DNA of 64,000 bases, from contig NC_043000.1 of the NCBI RefSeq assembly GCF_006345805.1, positions 156,302,001 through 156,366,000 on the forward strand, given 5' to 3'. How positions within the stretch are numbered: position 1 is the first letter of the stretch; each line of letters begins with the position of its first letter. Both the position numbers and the translations under genes were made by a program. Below the pieces are notes generated by a model. The model had not been told where the DNA came from and did no database searches. It saw only the letters and a list, made by a program, of their open reading frames with translations. The stretch comes from Octopus sinensis. Taxonomy: Eukaryota. Below are positions 1 to 12,490 of the stretch, one piece after another.

Positions 1-260
1 CTCCCCTAAGTCCTGTGAGATTGGTGTAGTTGATGCTTATACTTTGGTGAAATGATGAAAATGTCAGTGTATTGCCCTTTAATATTTGGTTAGCTCCTTT
101 AAGGTGGCAAGCAGGAAGAATTGTTAGCATACCAGGCAAAATGCTTATTGGCATTTTGACTGTCTAAGTTCAAATTCTGCTGAGGTCGACTTTGCCTTTC
201 ATCCTTCCAGGGTTGATAAATTAGTACCAGTTGGTCACTGGGGTTGATATAGTTGACTTA

Positions 261-488
261 GGCGAGCTGGCAGAAATGTTATCACGCCCGGCGAAATGCA
301 TAGCCGTATTTCGTCTGCCGCTACGTTCTGAGTTCAAATTCCGCCGGGATTGACTTTGCCTTTCATCCTTTTGGGGTCGATAAATTAAGTACCAGTTACC
401 CACTGGGGTCGATATAATCGACTTAATCCGTTTTTCTGTCCTTGTTAGTCCTCTCTGTGTTTAACCCCTTGTGGGTAGTAAAGAAATA
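261..488 (+). mobile_element. tRNA-derived SINE family B (Deu/Nin-like core) nested in an older copy of a related SINE (~103-550)
   Basis: 15-bp TSD GATATAGTTGACTTA (246-260 / 489-503); A/B-box head; core GGATTGACTTTGCCTTTCATCCTTTTGGGGTCGATAAATTAAGTACC. Confidence 0.85.
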
Positions 489-1156
489 GATATAGTTGAC
501 TTAATCCCACCCCTAAAATTACTGGCCTTTTGCCAAAATTCGAATTCAATGTTTGGTTAGTTCCCATTATGTCCAAAATATAAATCCTGCTTAGGGTTCT
601 TCATCATCATTCAATAACCATGTTGGCACAGGTTGAACTGTTTGACGAAGATCCAATAAATTGAAGGTCTGTACTGTGACCCACTGTCAGCTTTGGCATG
701 GTTTCTACAGCTGGATGTCCTTTTTTAATTCCACTCTACAGAGTGTACTGGGTGCTTTTCTTTTTTTTTTTTGCGTTACAAGCTCTATTGAGGTCACCAT
801 GTAGCTCACAAGCCAAAAAACCCAGGGTAGGAGGATGCTGCATCCATATGTTAGAAGAGGGGTTGGAATAGAGCAGGTTCTTGTGGAAGACTACATAGCT
901 GCTCACATTCAGGTGAGAGATGAATTAGAGGTAGATCTAAGGAGACAGACAGTAGTGATGAGATGTCCATGTGGCATCTGATGTAGCAGGAGTTGTAGTG
1001 AGTGAAGGTTTTGCATGAGTGTATGTGGGAAGAGAGAGGAGAAGTGGGAGTCAAAATATGGTTAGTTTTAATGTGGAATGTATTCAAATTACTGAAAGGT
1101 ATTTTTGTCTTAGCTTCTCAAGTTTTCATTTTTCTAAAGATTAATGATCATGAGCT

Positions 1157-1565
1157 CAGGAGTGGCTGTGTGGTAAGTAGCTTGCTAACCAACCACATGG
1201 TTCCGGGTTCAGTCCCACTGCGTGGCATCTTGGGCAAGTGTCTTCTACTATAGCCCCAGGCCGACCAATGCCTTGTGAGTGGATTTGGTAGACGGAAACT
1301 GAAAGAAGCCTGTCGTATATATATATATATGTATGTATGTGTGTGTTTGTGTGTCTGTGTTTGTCCCCCTAGTATTGCTTGACGACCGATGCTGCTGTGC
1401 TTACGTCTCCGTTACTTAGCGGTTCGGCAAAAAAGAGACCGATAGAATAAGTACTGGGCTTACAAAGAATAAGTCCCGGGGTCGATTTGCTCGACTAAAA
1501 CAGGCGGTGCTCCAGCATGGCCGCAGTCAAAATGACTGAAACAAGTAAAAGAGTAAAAGAGAGTA
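1157..1565 (+). mobile_element. tRNA-derived SINE family A
   Basis: Head GGAGTGGCTGTGTGG...GGTTCAGTCCC, internal (TA)/(TG) tract, tail (GTAAAAGA)n; more than 12 copies in the window. Confidence 0.85.
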
Positions 1566-1635
1566 TGACCTTTGCAGGTTTCCAAAATTATGAGATTGAT
1601 GTGATTACTGTTGAACTTGGACTATTTGTAGTTAA

Positions 1636-1856
1636 CCCTTTAGCATTTAAACCGGCCATATCCGGCCAAAAGTACTCTGCCTGTTTTATGTTCAAACTGG
1701 CCAGATCTGGTCTCTCACACCAACCCTACAATATCGTTTTAAAAATTAACAGCTACCTCATCAAAATCTCATAGCTACAAGATAATGCTTGATTAGTTCA
1801 AAACAATGTGGATAAAAAAGCATTAATTTTGGTAGAACAATGTGAACACTAAAGGA
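1636..1856. mobile_element. piggyBac-like MITE
   Basis: TTAA on both sides, ends CCCTTTAG / CTAAAGGA; related copies at ~35650-35851 and 42955-43169. Confidence 0.65.
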
Positions 1857-2108
1857 TTAAAGCATAATTGGAGAGGGAGTCTGGAAGATGGTTGTTGTGG
1901 GATAGAACTAAGTGAAGCTGTTAGGAGTGGGAGGTTTAGAGATGAGACGCTGTGAGTGGTGGGAGGAGGAGCAGGAGGGAAGATAATAAGTGAGCTTAGG
2001 TGGAGAGGGAAAGGAAAATGCAGTGCTCATTTCAGTCTCTGTTTAGCAGTGTTGTGAATCTGTTTGGATGTTTTTTTTTTTTTATGTTTCCCTTCACGTA
2101 TGTTTTAG

Positions 2109-2282
2109 AATTGAATTAGATTATCCGACCCAGCCTCCAATGCTGACCATCAAGCAGTTCCTGTTGCAGCAAGACGATGGCATCAGTGACCAAGATGCTA
2201 TCAAGAAGTACAACGAATACAAGATGGAATTCAAGAAGAATCAGATAACAGACTTTTTTCTTTCACATAAGGATGAAGAATG
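2109..2282 (+). CDS. SRRT: Ars2 exon ([19 protein letters not shown]...[10 protein letters not shown])
   Basis: ttttAG acceptor ending 2108 (an alternative AG at 2118-2119 is possible); donor TG|GTGAGT; conserved Ars2 N-terminal domain sequence. Confidence 0.9.
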
Positions 2283-5200
2283 GTGAGTACCATGCATTTA
2301 CAAGTCAACTCAACTTGAAAGTGTTGACTCTTCCCTTTTTCAATTTGAGTCTATTTGCTTTTTTTTTTTTGCACACACTGTCATTATAAAAAAAAATATT
2401 TCTCTAAGATTAAAAAATAAATATTAATTTGTCTGCATATATTTTGTCATTAATTAGTGTGTAGAAATTTCCCCACTGCTCAATTATAATTTTTTTTTTT
2501 TTTTTTGGTAAGAATATCAACTGGGTCAAATTCCTTCAGAGCCCCTCTTGTAGTTCTTGAATGAGAGAGTTTGGAATTTGTTGTTTGAGATTTATAGTAA
2601 TGGGTGGGGGTAATGAAAGAAATTGGAGTTGGTCTAAGATATTTATAATGAAAGGAAAGGTCCCATTTCCTTTCCTGTAGAAACTTGTAAGAATGGTAAT
2701 ATTTGGTGGGGAATAGTAAGATTCTGAAAAACTGGAGACAGAATAGATTCCTAATTGAAATAAGATTTTATTTTCAAGAATTTTTTTTTTCAATTGGCAA
2801 GCTATACGAGTGCAATAAATATTAGTTTAAGATGCTGGCCATGTAATTTAAAAGTTAAAATTCAATTATTGTTCCTGCAAGCAACAAAATATGAAAGATC
2901 TGTATTTTCCTTTGTGTGACTTGTGTTGTATTACTGCAGGTCTTTTCTGATCAAGCAGACTTTTATGTTGCTCTGGATATCTTACCTCTCCATAGTTGAG
3001 GGCCATACTGCATACTCTAAGAAACAGTGCCATGTTGCATTGTGATGGTCTGGACATGTGCTTGCCACTTTGTTTCATTTCCATACATCTATAGCAGTGC
3101 TTTTCAAACTTTTTGCTGGAGCGGAACCCCAAGGAAACGTTCCACTGGCTCGAGGAACCCCTGTGCAATAATTTAATAGTCTTATGCACACATATCTGCA
3201 CAGGAGAATTAAAAATTACTGCCGATTTTAGCAGTTTTGTAACTTCTTGCGGAACCCTAAGGTTCCGCGGAACCCTGGTTGAAAACCACTGATCTATAGA
3301 TTCTGATGGTGATACATCACATTGGTGGTGAGCAAAATGGACTTGTTCAGACCATGTGTTGCAGTTGTACTGTACTTGATGACTGTTGATCAGGTTGGTT
3401 GGACAGCATAATAATTGATATGATGGATCAAATCTCTGTTTACTTGAGTTTTCCTTTATTCTTCTATCAATCAATGCCAACCTTCACAAATAATGCAGAA
3501 ATGTTCTAGAAAAGGTATCATCTATTTTTTTTTAATATACACATCACTATGGTGATAATTGCTGAGTTATTGGTAGATAATAGTGAAAATGTTTTTGTTA
3601 TATTGTCTTTTAATTTTTCACACATCAGTATGATAAATACATTTATATATATCCATATTTATATATACATATTATTGAATACCACCTCACAGGAAATTAT
3701 AATTATTTTATATATATGCTCTATTATGACAATATGAAAAGTCATTTGTTGAGCTGTTTGTAATTGGGGGTTGACTATCATTGTATCAGCTGTATTTACA
3801 TTTGTTAGGTGGTAGAAGGGAGTTGTGGGTGGTGTTGAGGCTTCTCTGTCGAAGGCTTCATAATAACAGAAGCAAACTAACCATGTACAAGAATGAGTCC
3901 TTTGCAGACATAGATTACTGGGTCTCGAATTTGGTAGATGGAAAACGTGTGCAGTTTGTTATATGTGCGTGTTTCTTTGTTTCCCTTCTGTTTGTACACT
4001 GATTGTTAAAAAAAACGTCACTGTTCATACAAAACAGTGTCACATGCCTCTGGAAGTACTCCGTTGGTTACGACGACGAGGGTTCCGGTTGATCCGAATC
4101 AACGGAACAGCCTGCTCATGAAATTAACGTGTAAGTGGCTGAGCACTCCACAGACACGTGTACCTTTAACATAGTTCTCGGGGATATTCAGCGTGACACA
4201 GAGTGTGACAAGGCCGGCCCTTTGAAATACAGGTACAACAGAAACAGGAAGTAAGAGTGAGAGAAAGTTGTGGTGAAAGAGTACAGCAGGGATCACCACC
4301 ATCCCCTGCCGGAGCCTCGTGGAGCTTTAGGTGTTTTCGCTCAATAAACACTCACAGCGCCCGGTCTGGGAATCGAAACCGCGATCCTATGACCGCGAGT
4401 CCGCTGCCCTAACCACTGGGCCATTGCGCCTCCACAGTCACATGCCTGTAATCTCATGAAGACATGTTTGGTTACTGAGCTGTTTATGTTTGAAGGACTA
4501 AGAGAAATATCACTTTGCTTGGAAACTTGTGAGGGTTGGAAGAACATCCAGTCATAGAAAGTCTTTATCAATGAGTTTTATCTGATTCAGGTAAACATGG
4601 GGAAAAATGGACATTAAAACAGTGGTCATCCATCCATCCATCCATCTTCCCTGCCTACTATTTCTGTGAAGGTCATGGGGATAGAGTCCTCAGGCACCTC
4701 TTCCGTAGGATTCTATGAGAACCAACCACCATTACACTTTCTGGCTGGATTCCCCAGAATGACTAACTGAGACTATGATATTATTCAACCATCTTGTTTT
4801 TGGCCTATCATCATCATCATCATTGTTCGACCGTGGTCGAGACAATGGAATTTACCATGCTACGCCAGACTTCACGGTCCATCATGGCATTACGGAGGTC
4901 CTGTTGCTGGATGCCTGTATCCCTGGAGATTACATCAGGGTAGGAGAGTGTGCACCCTCTGGCCTATCCTTCTAGTATTCTATGACCCAGCAACAACATT
5001 GTGTCTTTGGCCATGATGCTGAGTGATTCAGTCCATTTACAGGAATAGCAACTGACTGTAAACAGAATGTATCACTGTAAAATTGACCAATATTTACTTC
5101 CTTTGCAGTGTTGAGTTGCACCTTGCAGAAGGATGGGTTTCATCAAATACAACCATAATCTTTCTCCTATGATAGAAAGGGATCCTGTTAATATGCCATG

Positions 5201-8200
5201 CTGTTGGTTGGCAGCATTGCCAGAGACAGTTTGATAGTTGTACTTCTGGAGCCCAATGAAATGACTGCAACCAGCCTGAACTCCTGATTCATGAGTTGGT
5301 ACACTTGCCCAGCTCCTCCTCATCTACTTGCCTCTGTTGCCTCAGCTTTGTGGGTGTGTGTGTATAGGCAATATGCAGTTGGAAGCAAAACAGGCAGCAA
5401 AAGCAGCAGCTTTCTCAGCAGAAGTGAAATGCTAGTTGTAGATGAGTAGTTTGGTGTGAGTGCTTATCATCATCATCATCATCATCGTTTAACGTCCGCT
5501 TTCCATGCTAGCATGGGTTGGACGATTTTGACCGAGGTTCTGGTGAACCAGATGGCTGCACCAGGCTCCAATCTTGATTTGGCAGAGTTTCTACAGCTGG
5601 ATGCCCTTCCCAACGCCAACCACTCCAAGAGTGTAGTGGGTGCTTTTTACGTGCCACTGGCACAGGGAGCCAGTCAGGCGGTACTGGCAACGACCTCGCT
5701 CGAATCTTTTTACACATGCCACCAGCACAGGTGCCAATAAGGCGACGTTGGAAATGATCACGCTTGAATGGTGCCCTTTTATGTGCCACTGGCACGGAAG
5801 CCAGTTGGCTGTTCTGGCAATGATCACGCTTGGATGGTGCTCTTGGCACCCTACTAGCATGGGCACAAGTGCCAGTAAGGCGACGCTGGTAACGATCATG
5901 CTTGAATGGTGCCTTTTAAGTGTCACTGGCTCAGGGTATGAACAAAAGCAGAAAGTATCAGTAGTAGAGGAGTGTGTCTATTCAGCTAACTCCTTCCTTG
6001 TGAGTTTGTGTCACGGGTCAGTGTAAGTAGAAATTGATACATACACAATTTTTTTTCTTTTTGTTAAGCAATTGCAGCTTATTAGTAAAACCAATTAATT
6101 CAATATTTATATGTATATATACTTATATATATGTAAATAATTATTATAATAATAATTCTTTTTTTTCCTGCTGATTACTAATTACTTTTTTCCTCCTGAA
6201 GGCTCTTCCTTCTACACAGTTTCGGCAAGAATCTCTGGAACCAACAAAACATACACATCTGTTCCGACTTTTGCTAGCTAGCTAGGGACCTGCGCACAAT
6301 GCAGTGTAGTACATTGAAGTTTCTAAGTAGTTAAGGGTTTCTCTGTAGGCTTTATTTTAATTTTTTTTTATAAATGACTTTTTCTGCGGAAGGAACTTAC
6401 TTTTTTGACGCCTGCCATTGGTAGCTGTTAGCTGCTGGTTGTTTGGGCACTGCTTACAGGTAATGATGTAAAAGTCTTGTAAAAAAAAACAACAATATTA
6501 ATAACAAAACAAAAAAAACATACACATAAGACTACTACTATTAACACAATCATTACAAAACTCCATCAGTATCATTGCCTCACATTCTCTCTTTCTCTTT
6601 TACAGCTCTTCATATTCTGACATCATACCTCACTGAGGTTGACTTTGCCTTTCATCTTTCCTGGGTTGATGAAATAATCATGCGTCAAGTTCTTGGGGGG
6701 TTAATAAAATCAACACTGTTCCCTCTCTTTAAATTTCTGGCTTTGTTTCTGTATAAGGAATTATTCTTAGTGCAGGTGCTCACAGCCCTCTACTAGTCGG
6801 GCAGTGCAATCATTTAGCTTTCTGTTGAGAACTAATGGTAGGGGAAAAGCAACAATATTATCGAGGAAACTCTTGCACCGAGAATCAACTGGATGGCCTG
6901 TTCTGGAGGACTTTCATCCTTGTGACTACGAATAGCTTCCAGAAACCTTTGACCTGTCAGGGCTTCTGAGATACATTGTTGATCTGAGATAAACACTGCC
7001 GGCACAAATGTGCTGTCTGGGTTTGGCAGAAATGCATACAGTGTGTCGAAACTGTTCAACTCGTACTTCTTCATTGTCTGAGCACTTCCAGGTTGTGAAA
7101 CTTTGTTGAATTGCTGTTGTTTTGTGTAAGACAGATCTGGAGTTGGCTGAGTCTGTTGTGAAGATCGTAGTGCTATGTGACCTTTGGTTTGGAAGGGCAG
7201 TTTTTCTGTCCCGTGGCTATGGTGACAGAAGTTGTATGATGGACTCAGTTGAAAGACTGAAGACGGACACTTTTCTTTTCAACCCTACCTTTTATTGATT
7301 TTTCCAAGTTATTCATAGAGGGAGTTGTCTCCCAGTAAATTTGTTGAGAGTGATGAGTATGGTTCAGATGAATGGGTCTACTCTTGTTATGTGCCTGTTG
7401 GCCGAGGAATATAGATGGGAGACATCGCCTTTGGTAGAATAATTTGGAAACACTGGAGGTTTCTGATTGGGTTTAGGTAGTGGTTCTTCTCTTCAGACAT
7501 TTCCATGGTTTATATACTGTGTAGGCCATCACTTTTCATTTTATTCCTTGTACTTGTATTATCCTTTCATATGTCACCCTTGTGTCAATAATAATAATAA
7601 AGGGTTATCTTTATTGATGGTGGTGAACTGCAGAATTATTACAATGTTGGAGAAAATATTTTGCAGCATTCACTTAGGTGTCTTTACCTTCTGTATTCAA
7701 AGTCAATTTTGTCTTTCGTCTCATCAGAATCCATAAAATAAGTACCGGTATGGTACTTTGTTCATTGAAAACTAACTGCAAAATTTGTGATCTTGTGACT
7801 GTTGGAAATGATTTTTTTTTTGTTATGGTATGAACCAAGATAACTTTTAGTACATGGTTATCTTTGTGCTACTCTTTGATGTATTACTCATCAGGTTGCT
7901 AGCAAGTGTATGGGGTCATCAGGAGAGAATGCGCGCCGTTTCGGGGATTACCTCTCGACGGCATCAATGCGCACTGGCCCCCTCACTGATATGAGGCCCC
8001 GCTTGCTAGATCAGCTGGTTATGAAGAACTCAATATACTTCTAACCATCGTCTCTTTTTAACCAGTGGCTAGCCTTCTCCACTGTAGATTGGATATCAGT
8101 CATGGTGGTATTGACTTTACGATGACTTAATCTTTTATTTGCCTTAACACTAGCACCTATCTTAGCGATGTTCCTAGCAGAGTCCACTCTGTTGTGGGAT

Positions 8201-9215
8201 TTTCAGTAACCCATGAAAGCTTAATGGTCTTTAACCATGCTAAGTACCATTGATCGATTCACTGCCTGAATTCTTCGTTGATACATCTTAAGGGAATCAT
8301 CCATTTAAACTGCTATCTTCCTTGTGTTGTTTCATTTCATTCAGGGTTTGCTATTGTTCTTTGCTTTTCTCTCATGCCACGTACTGCTATGTTTAGAAAA
8401 ACTTTGATAGTGTTTAGTGATATGAATAGCTCTGGAGAGATGAAGAGACAGGCAAGGTCTTAAACATCTTGGTCTTTTACCCTACAAACATAGATTATTA
8501 TTATGCATGCAACCACACACACATGCACACACATACACCCACACATCGTTCTTTGTTTCAACAAAGACACCATCCCCACTCACACAGAAATAACCACAAA
8601 TCACAGAAACACACTTTGTTGTTTTAACACTTTCTGATTTAATTGAATTTAACAGTTCATTTTGCCTTCTTTGTCGGATGCATTTTAACATAAACTAACA
8701 TCTTTGTTTAGTGGAATTTTGTATTAATTAAAAAAAAAAACAAAACCAACATTTTCTTTTATGTAATTGTATTAAACTACATACCTGGTATATAAGGATA
8801 AGCAGAGAGGAGTGATAGATTAGATGGTGAGTGCAGTAAACCTGTGCTGTTTGGTGGTTTAGAGTGCTCTGTTTCAATTATCAGTTTTTGTGCTGGTTTT
8901 AAATCTTTAAGAAAGTGTGTATTAATAATGTACATAGGTTTCTGAAAGCAAAACTTCATCAGTGTGAAGGAGGTTTATTTCTCTAGTGAAGATATACACA
9001 TTTCTACTTTGTCTGTCTGTCTAATGTGAGTGTGCATGTACATCTATACACACATATATACATGTATGTATTGTGTGTGTATTATAAGGTATATATATTT
9101 GTGTATGTATGTTTGATATCTATATGTGTGCATGTATATTTGTACATTTATATATATATATATGAGTGTGTGATGTGTGTATATATGTGTATGTATGTGT
9201 GTGTATATATATGTA

Positions 9216-9258
<43 letters not shown>

Positions 9259-10993
9259 ATGTGTGTATGTATGTATATGTGTGTATATATGTATATGTGT
9301 GTATGTATGTATATATATATACATATATATATAGAGAGAGAGAGGTATATATATATATATTATATGTAGAAAAATACAAACTGGGACAAGAACGTAAAAT
9401 TAGAAGACGATAAAAAAAACACGGACGGGACATTTGGAGCCTTCAATCTTCAGTCAAGAACCGGATCATCCTACCAATTTTGGCTGATTAATCTTGAGAT
9501 CGCTCTAATCCGGCCAGCCCCAAGGAAAAACTAAGCTACGAGCATTAGATTTCTTGGAAGAAGGATCGAATGTATACGAAACAGGGGTGTTTTTTGTATC
9601 GTCTTCTAAATGTTTTACATTCTTGTCCCAGTTTGTATTTTTCTACATATAATATATTTAGTGGCGTCCGTACCCTCGTTGGCCTTATGTAAGTATATAT
9701 ATACCTCTTTCTCTCTCCCTCTCTCTTTCTGGATGAAGGTTATTGTGGTGTGTGTGTAATATGCCCTTAATAACCTTGGTGTATTGTGAAAGCTTAGCAG
9801 AGCACATCTAGCTGTCTCTGTCTTTTTATCACTCTCTCTAACAATTGATTATAACTGGAAACCATGGCTGTGGGTTACAAATGAAAGAAAAAAAAGCTCA
9901 ATTACGAACTGCTGCTGTGTCACAGATTCTGTTTACCTGGTGCATTCCACCATCCGCACATTGTCCCTCAAAGGTCTAAACAAAGATCTAAATATGCTTG
10001 AAATGTTTTAGACAAGAGGCTTTCTTCTTTTTCATTTTTTAAAATCTCATTCTACTTTTTGTGTTTAACTAGAAAAAAAACAGTTTGGGTTTTACTAATG
10101 CATGTCTGTCCCAACAGGTTCAAATATAAATACCATCCTGAAGAATGTTCCAAGCGAGAGGAGGATCAGCACGCTGCCCTTCGACGCCGGCTTGAGATCT
10201 TCTTGGAGCTGATGAACCAGAAAAGGGTTGATGCCTGTTCTGTTGATGTGGATAGATCTGATGATCTCATCAAACTGCTGGATGCTGGTGGGTGCAACAC
10301 ATTTACGCATCATTTATTTTGTTTCTGCATGCATTGTGGGAGATGTTAGTTAGTTAATTTTTTGGCTCAAAAAGCAAAAAAGCAAGGCCATGTAGGGGTC
10401 ATGGAGTTATGTACATGGTGATGTTCATGTAAAGAGTTCAGGCCACTTGTGGTCAAGGGAGACTTTGAACCGAGCGGTCATCAGCATCTTCACCATCTCG
10501 TCCGGCAGCTTATTCTACGGATCCGCAACCCGAACGGAGAAAGCCCTTCTCCTTCGATTGAGATAAAATCGTTGCAGATAGAGCTTTTTGGAATGACCCC
10601 GCAGCCGACGCTCTGGAGCAGGAGTGAAGAACAGCTCTTTCGAGTGGCTGAATGAATCAGGGAAGTGGTGGACCTCTGGAGAACAGAGTCAATGACATTT
10701 TTACTTGTAACCAGCATCATGTGCTGTTTACAGTCAAACACTAATTAGCTGTTGGGTGAACAGTTTCCCGAAATATTTGTTGGCTCTGCTCATGACAAAC
10801 CTAACTCATGCCACCATGGAATGCTGATGTAAAATGATGATGAAGCTTCTTCATTAGTGTTGGTTATATGGGTTTACAATATGGTTAATCACTGCATGAT
10901 ATGACCCCACATTAGTTTATCTCTGAGACTAATATGCTTAAGTCTGTCCTCTACCACATGCTTGTGTGTGTGTGTTTTGCATCTGTCTGTCTG

Positions 10994-11027
<34 letters not shown>

Positions 11028-12323
11028 CATCATCATCATCATTTAACGTTCGCTTTCCATGCTAGCATGGATTGGACGCTTTGACTGAGGGCTGGCGAAC
11101 CAGATGGCCACACCAGGCTCCAATCTTGATCTGGCAGAGTTTCTACAGCTGGATGTCCTTCTTAATGCCAACAACTCCGCGAGTGTAGTGGGTGCTTTTA
11201 CATGCCACCGGCACGGGGGTGCCAGTCAGGCGGTACTGGCAACAACTTCGCTCGAATGGTGCCTTTTGCGTGCCACCGGCACAGAAGCTAGTTAGCCACT
11301 CTGGCAACGATCACACTCGGATGGTGTTCTTAGCATCTTGAATATTCAATACATGTTGTTCAATATATTTATTCATTCAAGATAGATCACTAACTTCATG
11401 ATATATGTTGTTTTATTTTGTAGCTGTTATCAAACTGGAAGGTGGTGATGACACAGACCTAAAAGTATTAGATGAACCTGAACTATCTGAAAAAGAGGAA
11501 GCCGCTCGTGCTTTAAATAACACAGAATCTCAAGCCACTACAGAGAAAAAGTAAGTTAGCTTTCATACATGATTTGGCTTGTGGACAAATGAAGGTATGT
11601 CAGGGATCTCTCTGGATGATAGTGTGTTTTTGTTTTTGGTTGGTAGTGATCATTTAACCCTGACTCAGCAGACTTGTGAATAAATATGCTCCAGCTGTGG
11701 CCATCCATACTTTTTACAGATTTCCAAGTTTGCTTTCCAACCACATGGTTTCAGGTTCATTTCCACTTTGTGTGTCTTCTGCTGTAGCCCCAGCCTGACC
11801 AAAACCTTATGAGTGGATTTGTTTGACAGAAACTGAAAGAAACCCGTCGCATATATGTGTGTGTGTCCGTGTGTCCTTGTTCTGGCATTGCATGATTGTT
11901 GTAGATGAAGGTCACTGAGTTCCTTTTCTTTGTTTTGATCAAACTTTTTGCTCAGTCAGGCAAATCAGAGCAAGAAGTGGTTTTCTCAAAGACAGAACAT
12001 AGTTGTTGTGTAATGATCTAAATTTATGACCATATAGATGGTATGGCATATATATATATATATTTGTAGAAAAAGAAATTTTAAAATACAGTTACTCTTC
12101 TAACATTTACCCTCAGTGTTGTTATACAGCTTGTTATGTACTCTTACTCTTTACTCTTTTACTTTAATCGAGCAACTCGACCCCGAGACTTATTGTTTTG
12201 TAAGCCCAGTACTTATTCTATCGGTCTCTTTTGCCGAACCGCTAAGTAACGGGGACATAAACACACCAGCATCGGTTGTCAAGCAATGCTAGGGGGACAA
12301 ACACAGACACACAAACACACCCA

Positions 12324-12362
<39 letters not shown>

Positions 12363-12451
12363 TTAATAAGGGTGAGAGAATTAGATACTAATTTAATAGT
12401 ATATCTATTCAACACCAAGAGTGAGCCATATAGTGACCACTCTCTTATATT

Positions 12452-12490
<39 letters not shown>

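Noticed and set aside
2866-3480. 204-aa minus-strand ORF
   Set aside because: Reads through a hAT MITE, is antisense to an intron and has no recognisable domain.
6780-7560. Composition-shifted block with a short minus-strand ORF
   Set aside because: Possibly an old retroelement remnant, but no motif I can identify.
7885-7985. Two minus-strand CTGATGA motifs and a GAAAC near a GC-rich patch
   Set aside because: Motif order and stems do not assemble into any hammerhead topology.
9425-9460. Minus-strand CTGAAGA as a hammerhead core
   Set aside because: GAAA is replaced by CAAA and I cannot form a convincing stem I.
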